From NCBI RefSeq assembly GCF_009914755.1, contig NC_060931.1: 64,000 nucleotides of DNA; one strand, 5' to 3'. Of this stretch, positions 1 to 19,998 are shown in pieces. The translations under genes were made by a program, and so were the position numbers. This stretch comes from the human T2T-CHM13v2.0 reference genome, Homo sapiens. The notes under the pieces were generated by a model. It did no database searches and had not been told where the DNA came from. It saw only the letters and a list, made by a program, of their open reading frames with translations. Every line of letters begins with the position of its first letter. Position 1 is the first letter of the stretch.

Positions 1-2097
1 AACAGAGATTGAAAATCAACTTAGTGAAATAAAGCGAGAAGACAAAATTAGAGAAAAAACAGTGAAAAGAAACGAACAAAAACTCCAGGAAATATGGGAC
101 TATGTGAAAAGACCAAATATACGTTTGATTATTGTACCTGAAAGTGACAGGGAGAATGAAACCAAGTTGGAAAACACTCTTCAGGATATTATTGAGGAGA
201 ACTTCCTCAACCTAGCAAGGCAGGCCAACATTCAAATTCAGGAAATACAGAGAACCACCATGAAGATACTCCTCGAGAAGAGCAACCCCAAGACACATAA
301 TCATCAGATTCACCAAGGTTGAAATGAAGGAAAAAATATTAAGGGCAGCCAGAGAGAAAGGTCAGTTTACTCACAAAGGGACGCCCATCAGACTAACAGT
401 GGACTCTCAGCAGAAACTCTACAAGCCAGAAGAGAGTGGGGGCCAATATTTAACATTCTTAAAGAAAAGAATTTTCAACCCAGAATTTCATATCCAGCCG
501 AATTAAGCTTCATAAATGAAGGAGAAATAAAACCCTTTACAGACAAGCAAATGCTGAGAGATTTTGTCACCATCAGGCTTGCCTTACAAGAGCTCCTGAA
601 GGAAGCACTAAACATGGAAAGGAACAATTGGTACCAGCCACTGCAAAAACATGCCAAATTATAAAGACCATGGATGTTATGAAGAAACTGCATCAACTAA
701 TGGGCAAAATAACCAGCTAGCCTCATAATGAAAAGATCAGATTCACACATAACAATATTAACCTTAAATGTAAACAGGTTAAATGTCACAATTAAAAGAC
801 ACAGACTGGCAAATTGGATAAAGAGTCAAGACTTACCAGTGTGCTGAATTCAGAGACCCATTTCATGTGCAAAGACTCACATAGGCTCAAAATAAAGGGG
901 TGGAGGAATATTTACCAAGCAAAAGGAAAGCAAAAAAAAAGCAGGGGTTGCAATCCTAGCCCCTGATAAAACAACTTTAAGCCAACAAAGATCAAAAGAG
1001 ACAAAGAAGGGCATTACATAAAGGTAAAGGGATCAATGCAACAAGAAGAGCTAACTATCCTAAATATATATGCACGCAATACAGGAGCACCCAGATTCAT
1101 AAAGCAAGTTCTTAGAGAGCTACAAGGAGACTTAGACTCCCACACAATAATAGTGGGAGACTTTAACACCCCACTGTTAAACTCTCCACCTCTCCACCCC
1201 AAATCAACAGAATATACATTCTTCTCAACACCACATCACACTTATTCTAAAATTGACCACATAATTAGAAGTAAAACACTCCTCAGCAAATGCAAAAGAA
1301 CTAAAAAAATGACAGACTCTCAACCACAGTGCAATCAAATTAGAACCCAGGATTAATAAACTGACTCAAAACCACATAACTACATGGAAACTGAGCAACC
1401 TGCTCCTGATGACTACTGGGTAATAATGAAATGAAGGCAAAAATAAAGATGTGACACAAAGACAATGAGAACAAGGAACCAACATACCAGAATCTCTGGT
1501 ACACATTGAAAGCAGTGTGTAGAGGGAAATTTATAGCACTAAATGCCCACAAGAGAAAGCAGGAAAGATCTAAAATTGACAACCTAACATCACAATTAAA
1601 AGAACTAGAGAAGCAAGAGCAAACACATTCAAAAGCTAGCAAAAGACAAGAAATAAGATCAGAGCAGAACTGAAAGAGATAGAGACACAGAAAACCCTTC
1701 AAAAAAAAAATCCAGAAGCTGGTTTTTTGAAAAGATCAACAAAATAAATAGACTGCTAGCCAGACTAATAAAGAAGAAAAGAGAGAAGAATCAAATAGAT
1801 GCAATAAAATTGATAAAGGGGATATCACCACTGATCCCACAGAAATACAAATGACCATCAGAGAATACTATAAACACCTCTATGCAAATAAACTAGAAAA
1901 TCTAGAAGAAATGGATAAGTTCCTAGACACATACACCCTTCAAAGACTAAACCAGGACAAAGTCGAATCCATGAATAGACCAATAACAAGTTCTGAAATT
2001 GAGGCAGTAATTAATAGCCTACCAACCAAAAAAAGCCCAGGACCAGATGGATTCACAGTTGAATTCTACCACAGGTACAAAGAGAAGCTGGTACCAT
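1..2097 (+). mobile_element. LINE-1 (L1PA7/L1PA8-like), 5' part: 3' half of ORF1 plus ORF2 endonuclease region, cut by the HERV9 insertion
   Basis: ORF fragments QEIWDYVKRPN, MKEKILRAAREKG, NIYARNTGAPRFIKQVL, IVGDFNTP and [10 protein letters not shown]. The sequence stops at GGTACCAT and resumes at 11231. Multiple frameshifts. Confidence 0.95.
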
Positions 2098-2794
2098 TGA
2101 GAGGTGAAGCCAGCTGGACTTCCTGGTTGGGTCGAGTGGGGACTTGAAGAACTTTTCTGTCTAGCTAAAGGTTTATAAATGCACCAATCAGCACACTGTA
2201 AAAACACACCAATTAGTGCTCTGTGTTTAGCTAAAGGTTTGTAAACTCACCAATCAACACCCTGTAAAAACGGACTAATCGGCACTCTGTAAAATGGACC
2301 AATCAGCAGGGTGTGGGCAGGGCCAAATAAGGCAATAAAAGCTGGCCACCTGAGCCAGCAGTGGCAACTTGCTTGGGTCCCCTTCCATGCTGTGGAAGCT
2401 TTGTTCTTTTGCTCTTCACAATAAATCTTGCTGCTGCTCACTTTTTGGGTCTGCACTACCTTTATGAGCTGTTAACACTCAGTGTGAAGGTCTGTGGCTT
2501 CACTCCTGAAGTCAACGAGACCATGAACCCACCAGGAGCAACAAACCAACTCCAGATGCACCACCTTTAAGAGCTGTAACACTCACTGTGAAGGTCTGTG
2601 GCTTCACTCCTGAAGTCAAACAAGACCATGAACCCACCAGAAGGAAGAAACTCTAGACACATCTGAACATCTGAAGGAACAAACTCTGGACACACCATCT
2701 TTAAGAACTGTAACACTCACCACGAGGGTCCACGGCTTCATTCTTGAAGTCAGTGAGACCAAGAACCCACCAGAAGGAAAAAATTCCGGACACA
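2098..2794 (+). mobile_element. 5' LTR (LTR12 family)
   Basis: U3 with tandem CCAATCAGCACTCTGTAAAA-type units, AATAAAA TATA-like box near 2334, AATAAA near 2419, tandem U5 repeats, ends GGACACA. Confidence 0.93.
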
Positions 2795-2797
2795 TTT

Positions 2798-2815
2798 TGG
2801 CAACCACGAAGGGAC
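2798..2815 (+). promoter_or_regulatory. Primer binding site, tRNA-Arg type
   Basis: TGGCAACCACGAAGGGAC just after the 5' LTR; matches the ERV9 PBS TGGCGACCACGAAGGGAC except for one CpG transition. Confidence 0.85.
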
Positions 2816-3654
2816 TATCACCAAGCTGTGAGTACCATCAGACCCCTTTCACTTGCTATTCTGTCATATTTTTCCTTAGAATTCGGGGGCTAAATACCGG
2901 GTAACTGTTGGCCAGTTAAAAGCGACTAGCATGGCCACCGGACTAAAGACACGGGTGTCAGGCTTTCTAGGAAAGGGCTAACAACCCCTGACTCTTCGGA
3001 GTTGGCAGCATTGGTTTGCCTGGAACCAGCTTCTGCTTTTCCTGTACTTCTGGGCTGAGCCAAGGGTCAACAGAGAGGAAAGCCATTCAGCTCTGGGGTC
3101 CCGACAACAAGCTGGTTGACCCTGCGGCCATGAGTGGAACTCTTAAAGTCACATCACCCAAGCGAGACTCGCCCATTTATCCTATCTAACCTGACCCTTT
3201 CCTCCTGGGTCCTAACGTCTGTCAGACAAACTTCCTCCTGCCTCTCTTCTCTGAGGCTAGTCCTTCTTCTAAAAACCACTCCCTGTCTCTGGTGCTTTTC
3301 TAGTTTCTACTGTAAGAATGATTTCTAGTATAAACTTCAGGACTCTGTTACCTTCTTTAGGCACCTGGGCTCACCAATCAGAAAGACGTAATTTTTGCCC
3401 AAAGCCCTGTCGGGGCGGGCGACTATCTGGAATTTTAGGATCCCTCCTCAGACTAGCAGGCCTAACAAAAGCTATTCCTGAAGCTAGGATATGGGGAACT
3501 TCAGAAATGGTATCTTTCCTATCCATATAAGTGAGGACAAAAGGCATCACTCTTCCAGCCCTGGAGATCCCTTCCCTCCCTCAGGGTATGGCCCTCCACT
3601 TCATTTTTGGGGCATAACACCTTTATAGGACAGGGGTAAGGTCCCAATACTAAC

Positions 3655-3998
3655 AGGAGAATGCTTAGGACTCTAACAGGTTTTCAAGAATGTGTCAGTA
3701 AGAGCCACGAAATCCAATTTTTCTCAGTCCTCTTTGTGGTCTAGGAAGACAGGCAAGGGTGCAGGTTTTCGAGAATGCGTTGGTAAGGGCCACTAAATCT
3801 GAGTTTCCTTAGTCCTCCTTGTGGTCTAGGAGGAAAACTAATGTTTCTGCTGCTGCATCAGTGAGCGCAACTATTCTGATCAGTAGGGTCCAGGGACCAT
3901 TGAGGGTTCTTGGGCAGGGGTTGTTTCTGCTGCTGTGTCGGTGAGCACAACTATTCCAATCACCAGGGTCCAGGGACCGTTGTGGGTTCTTGGGCAGG
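3655..3998 (+). repeat. Tandem repeats in the HERV9 leader (two ~80-bp units GTTTCTGCTGCTG...TTCTTGGGCAGG, plus upstream GAGAATG...GTGGTCTAGGA repeats)
   Basis: Direct repeats visible at ~3843-3918 and ~3923-3998. Confidence 0.75.
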
Positions 3999-4043
3999 CA
4001 GAGAAACAAACAAACCAAAACCATGGTTGGTTTTGTCTTTCAA

Positions 4044-5497
4044 ATGGGAAACACTCAGGCATCAACAGGCTCACCCTTGAAATGCATCCTAAGCCATTGG
4101 GACCAATTTGACCCGCAAATCCTGAAAAAGAAGAGGCTCAATTTTTTCTGCACTACAGCTTGGCCCCAATATTCTCTCTCTGATGGGGAAAAATGGCCAT
4201 CTGAGGGAAGTATAAATTACAATACTATCCTGCAGCTTGATCTTTTCTGTAAGAGGGAAGGCAAATGGAGTGAAATACCTTCTGTCCAAGCTTTCTTTTC
4301 ACTGAAGGAGAATACATAACTATGCAAAGCTTGCAATTTACATCCCACAGGAGGATCTCTCAGCTTACCTCCATATCCTAACTCTCCTTTCAATTAATGA
4401 TAGGCCTCTTCTAATCTCCCCCACCCAGAAGGAAACAAGCAAAGAAATCTCCAAAGGACTACAAAAACCCCTGGGCTATTGGTTATGTCCCCTTCAAGCT
4501 GTAGGGGGAGGGGAATTTGGCCCAACCTGGGTACATGTCTCCTTCTCCCTCTCTGATTTAAAGCAGATCAAGGCAGACCTGGGGAAGTTTTCAGATGGTC
4601 CTGATAGGTACATAGATGTCCTACAGGGTCCAGGGCAAACCTTCTATCTCACTTGGACAGATGTCATGCTATTGTTAGATCTAACCCTGGCCTTTAAAGA
4701 AAAGAATGTAGCTTTAGCTGAAGCCCTAGAGTTTGGAGATACCTGGTATCTTAGTCAAGTAAATGATAGAATGACAGCAAAAGAAAGGAACAAATTCCCT
4801 ACCGGTCAGCAAGCTGTCCCCAGTATGGATCCCCACTGGGACCTCGACTCAGATCAGGGGGACTGGAGTCACAAACATCTGTTGACCTGTGTTCTAGAAG
4901 GACTAAGGAGAATTAGGAAAAAGCCCATGAATTATTCAATGATGTCCACCATAACTCAGGGAAAGGAAGAAAATCCTTTTGCCTTCCTCAAGCAGCTACT
5001 GGAGGACTTACGAAAATATACTCCCATCACCCAACTCACTTGAGGGCCAATTGATCCTAAAACATAAGTTTATTACCCAATCAGCTGCAGATATCAGGAG
5101 AAAAGCACCAGCTCCAAAAGTGAGCCCTGGGCCCTGAACAAAATCTGGAGGCATTATTAAACCTGGCAACCTCGGTGTTCTATAATAGGGACCAAGAGGA
5201 ACAGGCTGAAAAGGAAAAGGAGGATCAGAGAAAGGCCGCAGCCTTAGTCATGGCCCTTAGACAAACAAACCTTGGTGGTTCAAAGAGGACAGAAAATGGA
5301 GCAGGCCAGTCACCTGGTGGGCTTGTTACCAGTGTGGTTTACAAGGACACTTTAAAAATGATTGTCCAATGAGAAACAAGCTGCCCCCTCGCCCATGTCC
5401 TCTATGCCAAGGCAATCACTGGAAGGTGCACTACCCCAGAGGACAAAGGTTTTCTGGTCCAGAAGCCCCCAACCAGATGATCCAACAACAGGACTGA
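4044..5497 (+). pseudogene. gag: HERV9 gag, disrupted
   Basis: [24 protein letters not shown]..., TQGKEENP (major homology region), zinc-knuckle remnants, ends ...QMIQQQD-TGA. Several stops and frameshifts. Confidence 0.9.
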
Positions 5498-5863
5498 CGG
5501 TGCAAGGGGCAAGCGCCAGCTCATGTCATCACCCTCACTGGGCCCTGGGTACGTTTAACCATTGAGGGCCAGGAAATTGACTTCCTCCTGGACACTGGCA
5601 CAGACTTCTCAGTGTTAATCTCCTGTCCCAGACAACTGTCCTCAAGGTCCATTACCATCCAAGGAATCCTGGGACAGCCTGTAACCAGGTATTTCTCCCA
5701 CCTCCTCAGCTGTAATTGGGAGACTTTGCTCTTTTCACATGCCTTTCTTTTTATGCCTGAAAGTCCCATACCCTTATTAGAGAGGGATATATTAGTGAAA
5801 GCTGGAGCTATTATCTACATGAATATGGAAAACAAGTTACTCATTTATTGTCCCCTGCTTTAG
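5498..5863 (+). pseudogene. pro: HERV9 protease remnant
   Basis: FLLDTG aspartyl-protease motif near 5582-5599; ESPIPLLERDIL. Confidence 0.85.
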
Positions 5864-8443
<2,580 letters not shown>

Positions 8444-8675
8444 AAAAGATAAGTGAAAACCTACATAATCTTTATCTTTAACACCTCTCCTTGCCTCTTT
8501 AATGGAATCCTTCTACATTTCATCATATTATTAAGCAGCATACTAACCATACTCTTTGCCATAGGACTATATACTGGCTCCTGCTGGGACAAAAATCCTA
8601 ACCACATCAACCTTCTTTTTATCTTCCTTCCTTCTGACAGCAATTTACTCTTACCTTTAACTCAGACTGGATAAA

Positions 8676-10510
8676 ATGATCTCGTCTTCCAGAACACCCT
8701 CTTTACCTTCCTATTTACTCTTTGCCTATCTATCCCTCCTACTTCCTTGGATACCTCATACAATTGCCCCTCCCCTTCCACTACCTCCTAATTACCTCTA
8801 CAAGACTCTCAACTTAACCCACTCTCTGCTAAGCCAGTCCAATCCTTCCCTGGAAAATGACTGTTGGCTTTGTATCTCTCTATCAACTTCTGCTTACGTT
8901 GCCACTCCCATTCCCACAAAAAACTGGGTCTTTACCAACTTAACCTACCACCCTTGTTAAGAAGGAAAAGACCCTTTCCGGACTTCTAAATATTCAGTCA
9001 TTAGCCAAGTTCCCCACCTCTGATAGGACCAAGAATACCCTAACAGGACATGCAATCCAACTTTTATGTTCTTACATTTCCAACCTCACCTATTACACAA
9101 GCAATGAAAAGCCCATACATGGCCCTGTAACTACGAATACTATCTTAACTTTCCAAGTCCCTTAATGCATCCAATGCAACCTGTTATCAGGCCTGCCCCT
9201 GGGGCACCTACCACCGCATCAGTGTAATTACACCCTACAACTTCAAGCCCCAACTGATCACAGTAACTTCCAAGTCATTCAAACAGCTCGATTCAGATGG
9301 CCTGTCTGCTTCTCAGGGCCTCCAAAAATCATCACCTCCTCCCTGCTTAACAAACAGTCCAGGTTTTGTAATGGCAAACATACTCCCTGCATGACCATTC
9401 ACTCCTGGACCCCCTGCAGCAGCGCCCCCACCACTAGTGAATGCCTTCTCATCCCCTCTTTCAATCACTCTCTCGAATGGTTCCTAGTAGATACAAAACA
9501 GTTTTTTCTCCAATAGGAAAATAGAACACAGGGAGCCACTCAGTTTGCTCCCAACACCCCTTTCCAGCCACTCACCAGAGCTACCTTGGCAAGTACTCTA
9601 GGAGTATGGGAAAATGAAAACAACAAACTCACACACCATTTTAACATACACAATCAGGTCTGCCCACCCAGCCAAGGTATATTCTTTGTATGTGGAACAT
9701 CGACCTATATCTGCCTCCCCACTAACTAGACAGCCACCTGAATCTTAGTCTTTCTAAGTCCCAACAGTAACATTGCCCCAGGAAATCAGACCATATCAGT
9801 ATCCCTCAAAGCTCAAGTCTGTCAGTGCAGAGCCATACAACTAATACCCCTACTTATAGGGTTAGGAATGGCTACTGCTACAGGAACCAGAATAGCTAGT
9901 TTGTTTACTTCATTATCCTACTACCACACACTCTCAAATGATTTCTCAGACAGTTTGCAAGAAATAACGAAATCTATCCTTACTCTACAATCCCAAATAG
10001 ACTCCTTGGCAGCAGTGACCCTCCAAAACGGCTGAGGCCTAGACCTCCTCACTGCCAAGAAAGGAGGACTCTGCATTTTCTTAGGGGAAGAGTGTTTTTA
10101 CACTAACCAGTCAGGGACAGTATGAGATGCCACTCGGAGTTTACAGGAAAAGGCTTCTGAAGTCAGACAATGCCTTTCAAACTCTATACCAAACTCTGGA
10201 GTTGGGCAACATGGCTTCTCCCCTTTCTAGGTCCCGTGACAGCCATCTTGCTATTATTTGCCTTTGAGCCCTGTATTTTTAATCTCCTTTTCAAATTTGT
10301 TTCCTCTGGATCGAGGCCATCGAGCTACAGATGGTCTTCACAAATGGAACCCCAAATGAGCTCAACTAACAACTTCTACTGAGGACCCCTGGACTAACCT
10401 GCTGACCCTTTCACTGGCCTGAAGAATTCCCCTCTGGAGGACACTACAACTGCAGGGCTCCTTCTTTGCCCCTATCCAGCAGGAAGTAGCTAGAGCTGTC
10501 ATTGCCTAAT
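8676..10510 (+). pseudogene. env: HERV9 env, disrupted
   Basis: Signal-like MISSSRTPSL...; CWLC (8862-8873); fusion peptide AIQLIPLLIGLG; immunosuppressive domain LQNG*GLDLLTAKKGGLC (from 10021); TM WATWLLPFLGP. Many stops. Confidence 0.88.
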
Positions 10511-10538
10511 TCCTAACAGCAGTTGGGGTGTCCTCTTT

Positions 10539-10548
10539 AGAGGGGAGA
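10539..10548 (+). promoter_or_regulatory. Polypurine tract
   Basis: AGAGGGGAGA immediately before the 3' LTR. Confidence 0.75.
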
Positions 10549-10549
10549 C

Positions 10550-11230
10550 CGAGAGGTGAAGCCAGTTGGACTTCCTGGGTCAAGTGGGGACTTGGAGAAC
10601 TTTTCTGTCTAGCTAAAGAATTGTAAACGCACCAATCAGCACTCTGTAAAAATGCACCAATCAGCACTCTGTGTCTAGATAAAGGTTTGTAAATGCACCA
10701 ATCAGCACTCTGTAAAAATGGACCAATCAGCACTCTGTAAAATGGAGCAATCAGCACTCTCTAAAATGGACCAATCAGCAGAATGTGAGTGCGGCCAAAT
10801 AAGGGAATAAAAGCTGGCCACCTGAGCCAGCAGTGGCAACCCGCTCGGGTCCCCTTCCATGCTGTGGAAGCTTTGTTCTTTTGCTCTTCACAATAAATCT
10901 TGCTGCTGCTCACTCTTTGGGTCCGCACTACCTTTATGAGCTGAACACTCACTGCGAAGGTCTGCGGCTTCACTCCTGAAGTCAGTGAGACCACGAACCC
11001 ACTGGGAGGAACAAACAACTCCAGATGCGCCACCTTTAAGAGCTTTAACACTCACTGCGAAGGTCTGCGGCTTCACTCCTGAAGTCAAGTGAGACCACAA
11101 ACCCACCAGAAGGAATAAATTCCGGACACACCATCTTTAAGAACTGTAACACTCACCGTGAGGGTCCGCGGCTTCATTCTTGAAGTCAGCGAGACCAAGA
11201 ACCCACTGGAAGGAACAAATTCCAGACACA
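10550..11230 (+). mobile_element. 3' LTR (LTR12 family)
   Basis: (C)GAGAGGTGAAGCC...CAGACACA; colinear with the 5' LTR; six CCAAT-type U3 units. Confidence 0.93.
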
Positions 11231-13783
<2,553 letters not shown>

Positions 13784-13892
13784 CTAATAGACTAAATAAG
13801 ATTATAACTTAGTCTTACTGCTATTAAAGATAAGAAACCAAAATATCATATGCATTTTTTTCTAGGAAGAAATGTCTGGACAAAAGTGAAGA

Positions 13893-14217
13893 CAATTCAC
13901 AATCTCTTATCAAATATGCTGGGGGCCAGATGTATTTTAGAACATAATATAGTTTGGATTTTGAAAAGATAGAATATTGATGATACCTAGTATTACCTAA
14001 CACCTCAAAGGGGCCTGGAGCAGCATTCCATAATCAAGCATGTTAACATTTCTTAAGTGAAATGTTAAGACTTAAAATAAGTACTATAAATAAAAACTAA
14101 ACAGTCTTTCTCCCTTTTTTTCTGGTCAAGGTTTGCAGCTGGATGAATAAAGAAAACAGTTTCAGTTTTCAGACCTCCCTTGAATATTAATGTTGTGAAT
14201 AAGGGAATATGAACTTG
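13893..14217 (+). mobile_element. MER46C-like (TcMar-Tigger) DNA transposon relic
   Basis: CAATTCACAATCTCTTATC...GGGGCCAGATGTATTT at the start and TGAATAAGGGAATATGAACTTG at the end form decayed TIRs. Confidence 0.7.
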
Positions 14218-14229
14218 TGCTGTTTTTGA

Positions 14230-15060
14230 GTGTATAATATAGGCTACATCAAGGTCTAAAGACATAACAGTGGACCATAATTCCTGAACTTACATATATG
14301 AAAATCTATATTTAAAAACTTCTATGCATCACATTGAACATATTTGTAGTTTTCAAAAACTAAATTTGAGTGAAAGAACTTTGCATGCATAAAAATGTCT
14401 CTGTTTGCAAGAGCTGATAGAACATTTATATATATATATTGATCCTGTATTTGGCCATAATATGAACATCAATATATTATTAGAAGACCTACAAATTGTA
14501 AAGATAACATCTTTTATCATGTTTGATATGAAACTAGGAATTTTAAAAAGAAAATATAAAAACTAACAGAAAATTTCTGCCCTTTTAACATGAAAATATT
14601 AATATTAATAACTATCTCCATAATATTGTGTCAAAGAGGCAATAACATCTGAAATCACAAATTTTTTAGAAAAAAATAATCCCTGCATATATGAAATTAT
14701 GAGATATAGTGATACAGTAAAAGTAGAGCATAGAAGAAAAGATATAGGCTAAATGTCACTTAACTAATGAAAAAATACTAGATAAATTAAGAAAATATTC
14801 AACTCTAGAAAGAAAATAAAGTGAACATTGCTTAAAGTAAGAAAAGGATGGAATCAGTAAAGAAAAAAAATTAGATCATTGAACCAACTATTAAACAAAC
14901 CAAAAGAACTTTCTTTTCGTGAATGAATAGTAAAAGAAATTATTTGAAAACCTATGTAAAAATAAAGGAATAGAAATACACAAAATAAGATACAAAATGG
15001 GAGATAAACAGTACAGTGGAAATTGAACTACGAAAGCTTGGTTTCTAAAATCTATAAAAA
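14230..15060 (+). mobile_element. Ancient L1M ORF2 relic; continues at ~20222-20890
   Basis: A-rich, highly diverged L1-like sequence on both sides of the young L1. Confidence 0.5.
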
Positions 15061-15365
15061 TATATTTGGGTGGGGGGTGGAGCCAAGATGGCCAAATAGG
15101 AACAGCTCCAGTCTACAGCTCCCAGCGTGAGTGAGGAAAAGACGGGTGATTTCTGCAATTCCAACTGAGGTACCAGGTTCATCTCACTGGGGAGTCTTGG
15201 ACAGTGGGTGCAGGATAGTGGGTGCAGCGCACCAAGCATGAGCCGAAGCAGGATGAGGTATCCTCCCACCTGGGAAGTGCAAGGGGTCAGGGAATTCCCT
15301 TTCCTAGTCAAAGAAAGGGGTGACAGACGGCACCTGGAAAATCGGGTCACTCCCACCCTAATACT

Positions 15366-15524
15366 TCACTTTTCCAACAGTCTTAGCAAACGGCACACCA
15401 GGAGATTATATCCTGCGCATGGCTCAGAGGGTCCTACACCCACGGAGCCTCGCACTTTCCTAGCATAGCAGTCTGAGTTCAAACTGCAAGGCAGCAGCGA
15501 GGCTGGAGGAGGGGCGCCAGCCAT
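15366..15524 (-). pseudogene. L1 ORF0 (antisense), truncated at 52 aa
   Basis: MAGAPPPASLLPCSLNSDC...VGVGPSEP matches primate L1 ORF0; premature stop, after which GVTRFSRC continues. Confidence 0.8.
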
Positions 15525-16100
15525 TGCCGAGGCTTGAGTAGGTAAACAAAGGGGCCGGGAAGCTGGAACTGGGTGGAGCCCACCGCAGCTCAAGGAGGCC
15601 TGCCTGCCTCTGTAGACTCCACCTCTGGGGGCAGGGCATAGCCAAACAAAAGGCAGTGGAAACCTCTGCAGACTTAAATGTCCCTGTCTGACAACTTTGA
15701 AAAGAGTAGTGGTTCTCCTAGCACGCAGCTGGAGATCTGAGAATGGACAGACTGCCTCCTCAAGTGGGTCCCTGACCCCCAAGTAGCCTAACTGGGAGGC
15801 ACCCCCCCAGTAGGGGCAGACTGACACCTCACATGGCTGGGTACTCCTCTGAGATGAAACTTCCAGAGGAACGATCAGGCAGCAACATTTGCTGTTCACC
15901 AATATTCACTGTTCTGCAGCCTCCGCTGCTGATACCCAGGCAAAGAGGGTCTGGAGTGGACCTCTGGCAAACTCCAACAAACCTGCAGCTGAGGGTCTTG
16001 ACTGTTAGAAGGAAAACTAACAAACAGATAGGACATCCACACCAAAACCCCATCTGTAGGTCACCATCATCAAAGACTAAAGGTAGATAAAACCACAAAG

Positions 16101-17116
16101 ATGGGGAAAAAACAGAGCAGAAAAACTGGAAACTCTAAAAATCGAGCACCTCTCTTCCTCCAAAGGAACACAGCTCCTCACCAGCAACGCAACAAAGCTG
16201 GATGGAGAATGACTTTGACTAGTTGAGAGAAGAAGGCTTCAGATGATCAAATTACTCTGAGCTAAAGGAGGAAGTTCGAACCCATGGAAAAGAACTTAAA
16301 AACCTTGAAAAAAGATTAGACTAATGGCTAACTAAAATAACCAATGCAGAGAAGTCCTTAAAGGACCTGATGGAGCTGAAAACCACGGCACGAGAACTAC
16401 ATGACAAATGCACAAGCCTCAGTAGCTGATTCGATCAACTGGAAGAAAGGGTATCAGTGGTGGAAGATCAAATGAATGAAATGAAGTGAGAAGAGAAGTT
16501 TAGAGAAAAAAGAATAAAAAGAAATGAACAAAGCCTCCAAGAAATATGGGATTATGTGAAAAGACCAAATCTACGTCTGATTGGTGTACCTTAAAGTGAC
16601 GGGGAGAATGGAACCAAGTTGGAAAACACTCTGCAGGATATTATCCAGGAGAACTTCCCCAATCTAGCAAGGCAGGCCAACATTCAGATTCAGGAAATAC
16701 AGAGAATGCCACAAAGATACTCCTTGAGAAGAGCAACTCCAAGACACATAATTATCAGATTCACCAAGGTTGAAATGAAGGAAAAACTGTTAAGAGCAGC
16801 CAGAGAGAAAGGTCGGGTTACCCACAAAGGGAAGCCCATCAGACTAACAGCTGATCTCTCAGCAGAAACTCTACAAGCCAGAAGAGAGTGGGGGCCAATA
16901 TTCAATATTCTTAAAGAAAAGAATTTTCAACCCAGAATTTCATATCCAGCCAAACTAAGCTTCATAAGTGAAGGAGAAATAAAATACTTTACAGACAAGC
17001 AAATGCTGAGAGATTTTGTCACCACCAGGCCTGCCCTAAAAGAGCTCCTGAAGGAAGCACTAAACATGGAAAGGAATAACCAGTACCAGCCACTGCAAAA
17101 ACATGCCAAAATGTAA
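16101..17116 (+). pseudogene. L1 ORF1p, disrupted
   Basis: ATGGGGAAAAAACAGAGC start; internal stops and a frameshift; the C-terminal 165 aa are open (16619-17116). Confidence 0.9.
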
Positions 17117-17179
17117 AGACCATCAAGGCTAGGAAGAAACTGCATCAACTAAAGAGCAAAATAACCAGCTAACGTCATA

Positions 17180-19998
<2,819 letters not shown>

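Noticed and set aside
2160-2790. Regularly spaced repeats resembling a CRISPR-like array
   Set aside because: These are the U3/U5 tandem repeats of LTR12; there are no unique spacers and the context is eukaryotic.
8676-10510. Possible domesticated syncytin-like env
   Set aside because: Multiple stops and frameshifts, including in the immunosuppressive domain; the furin site is degraded.
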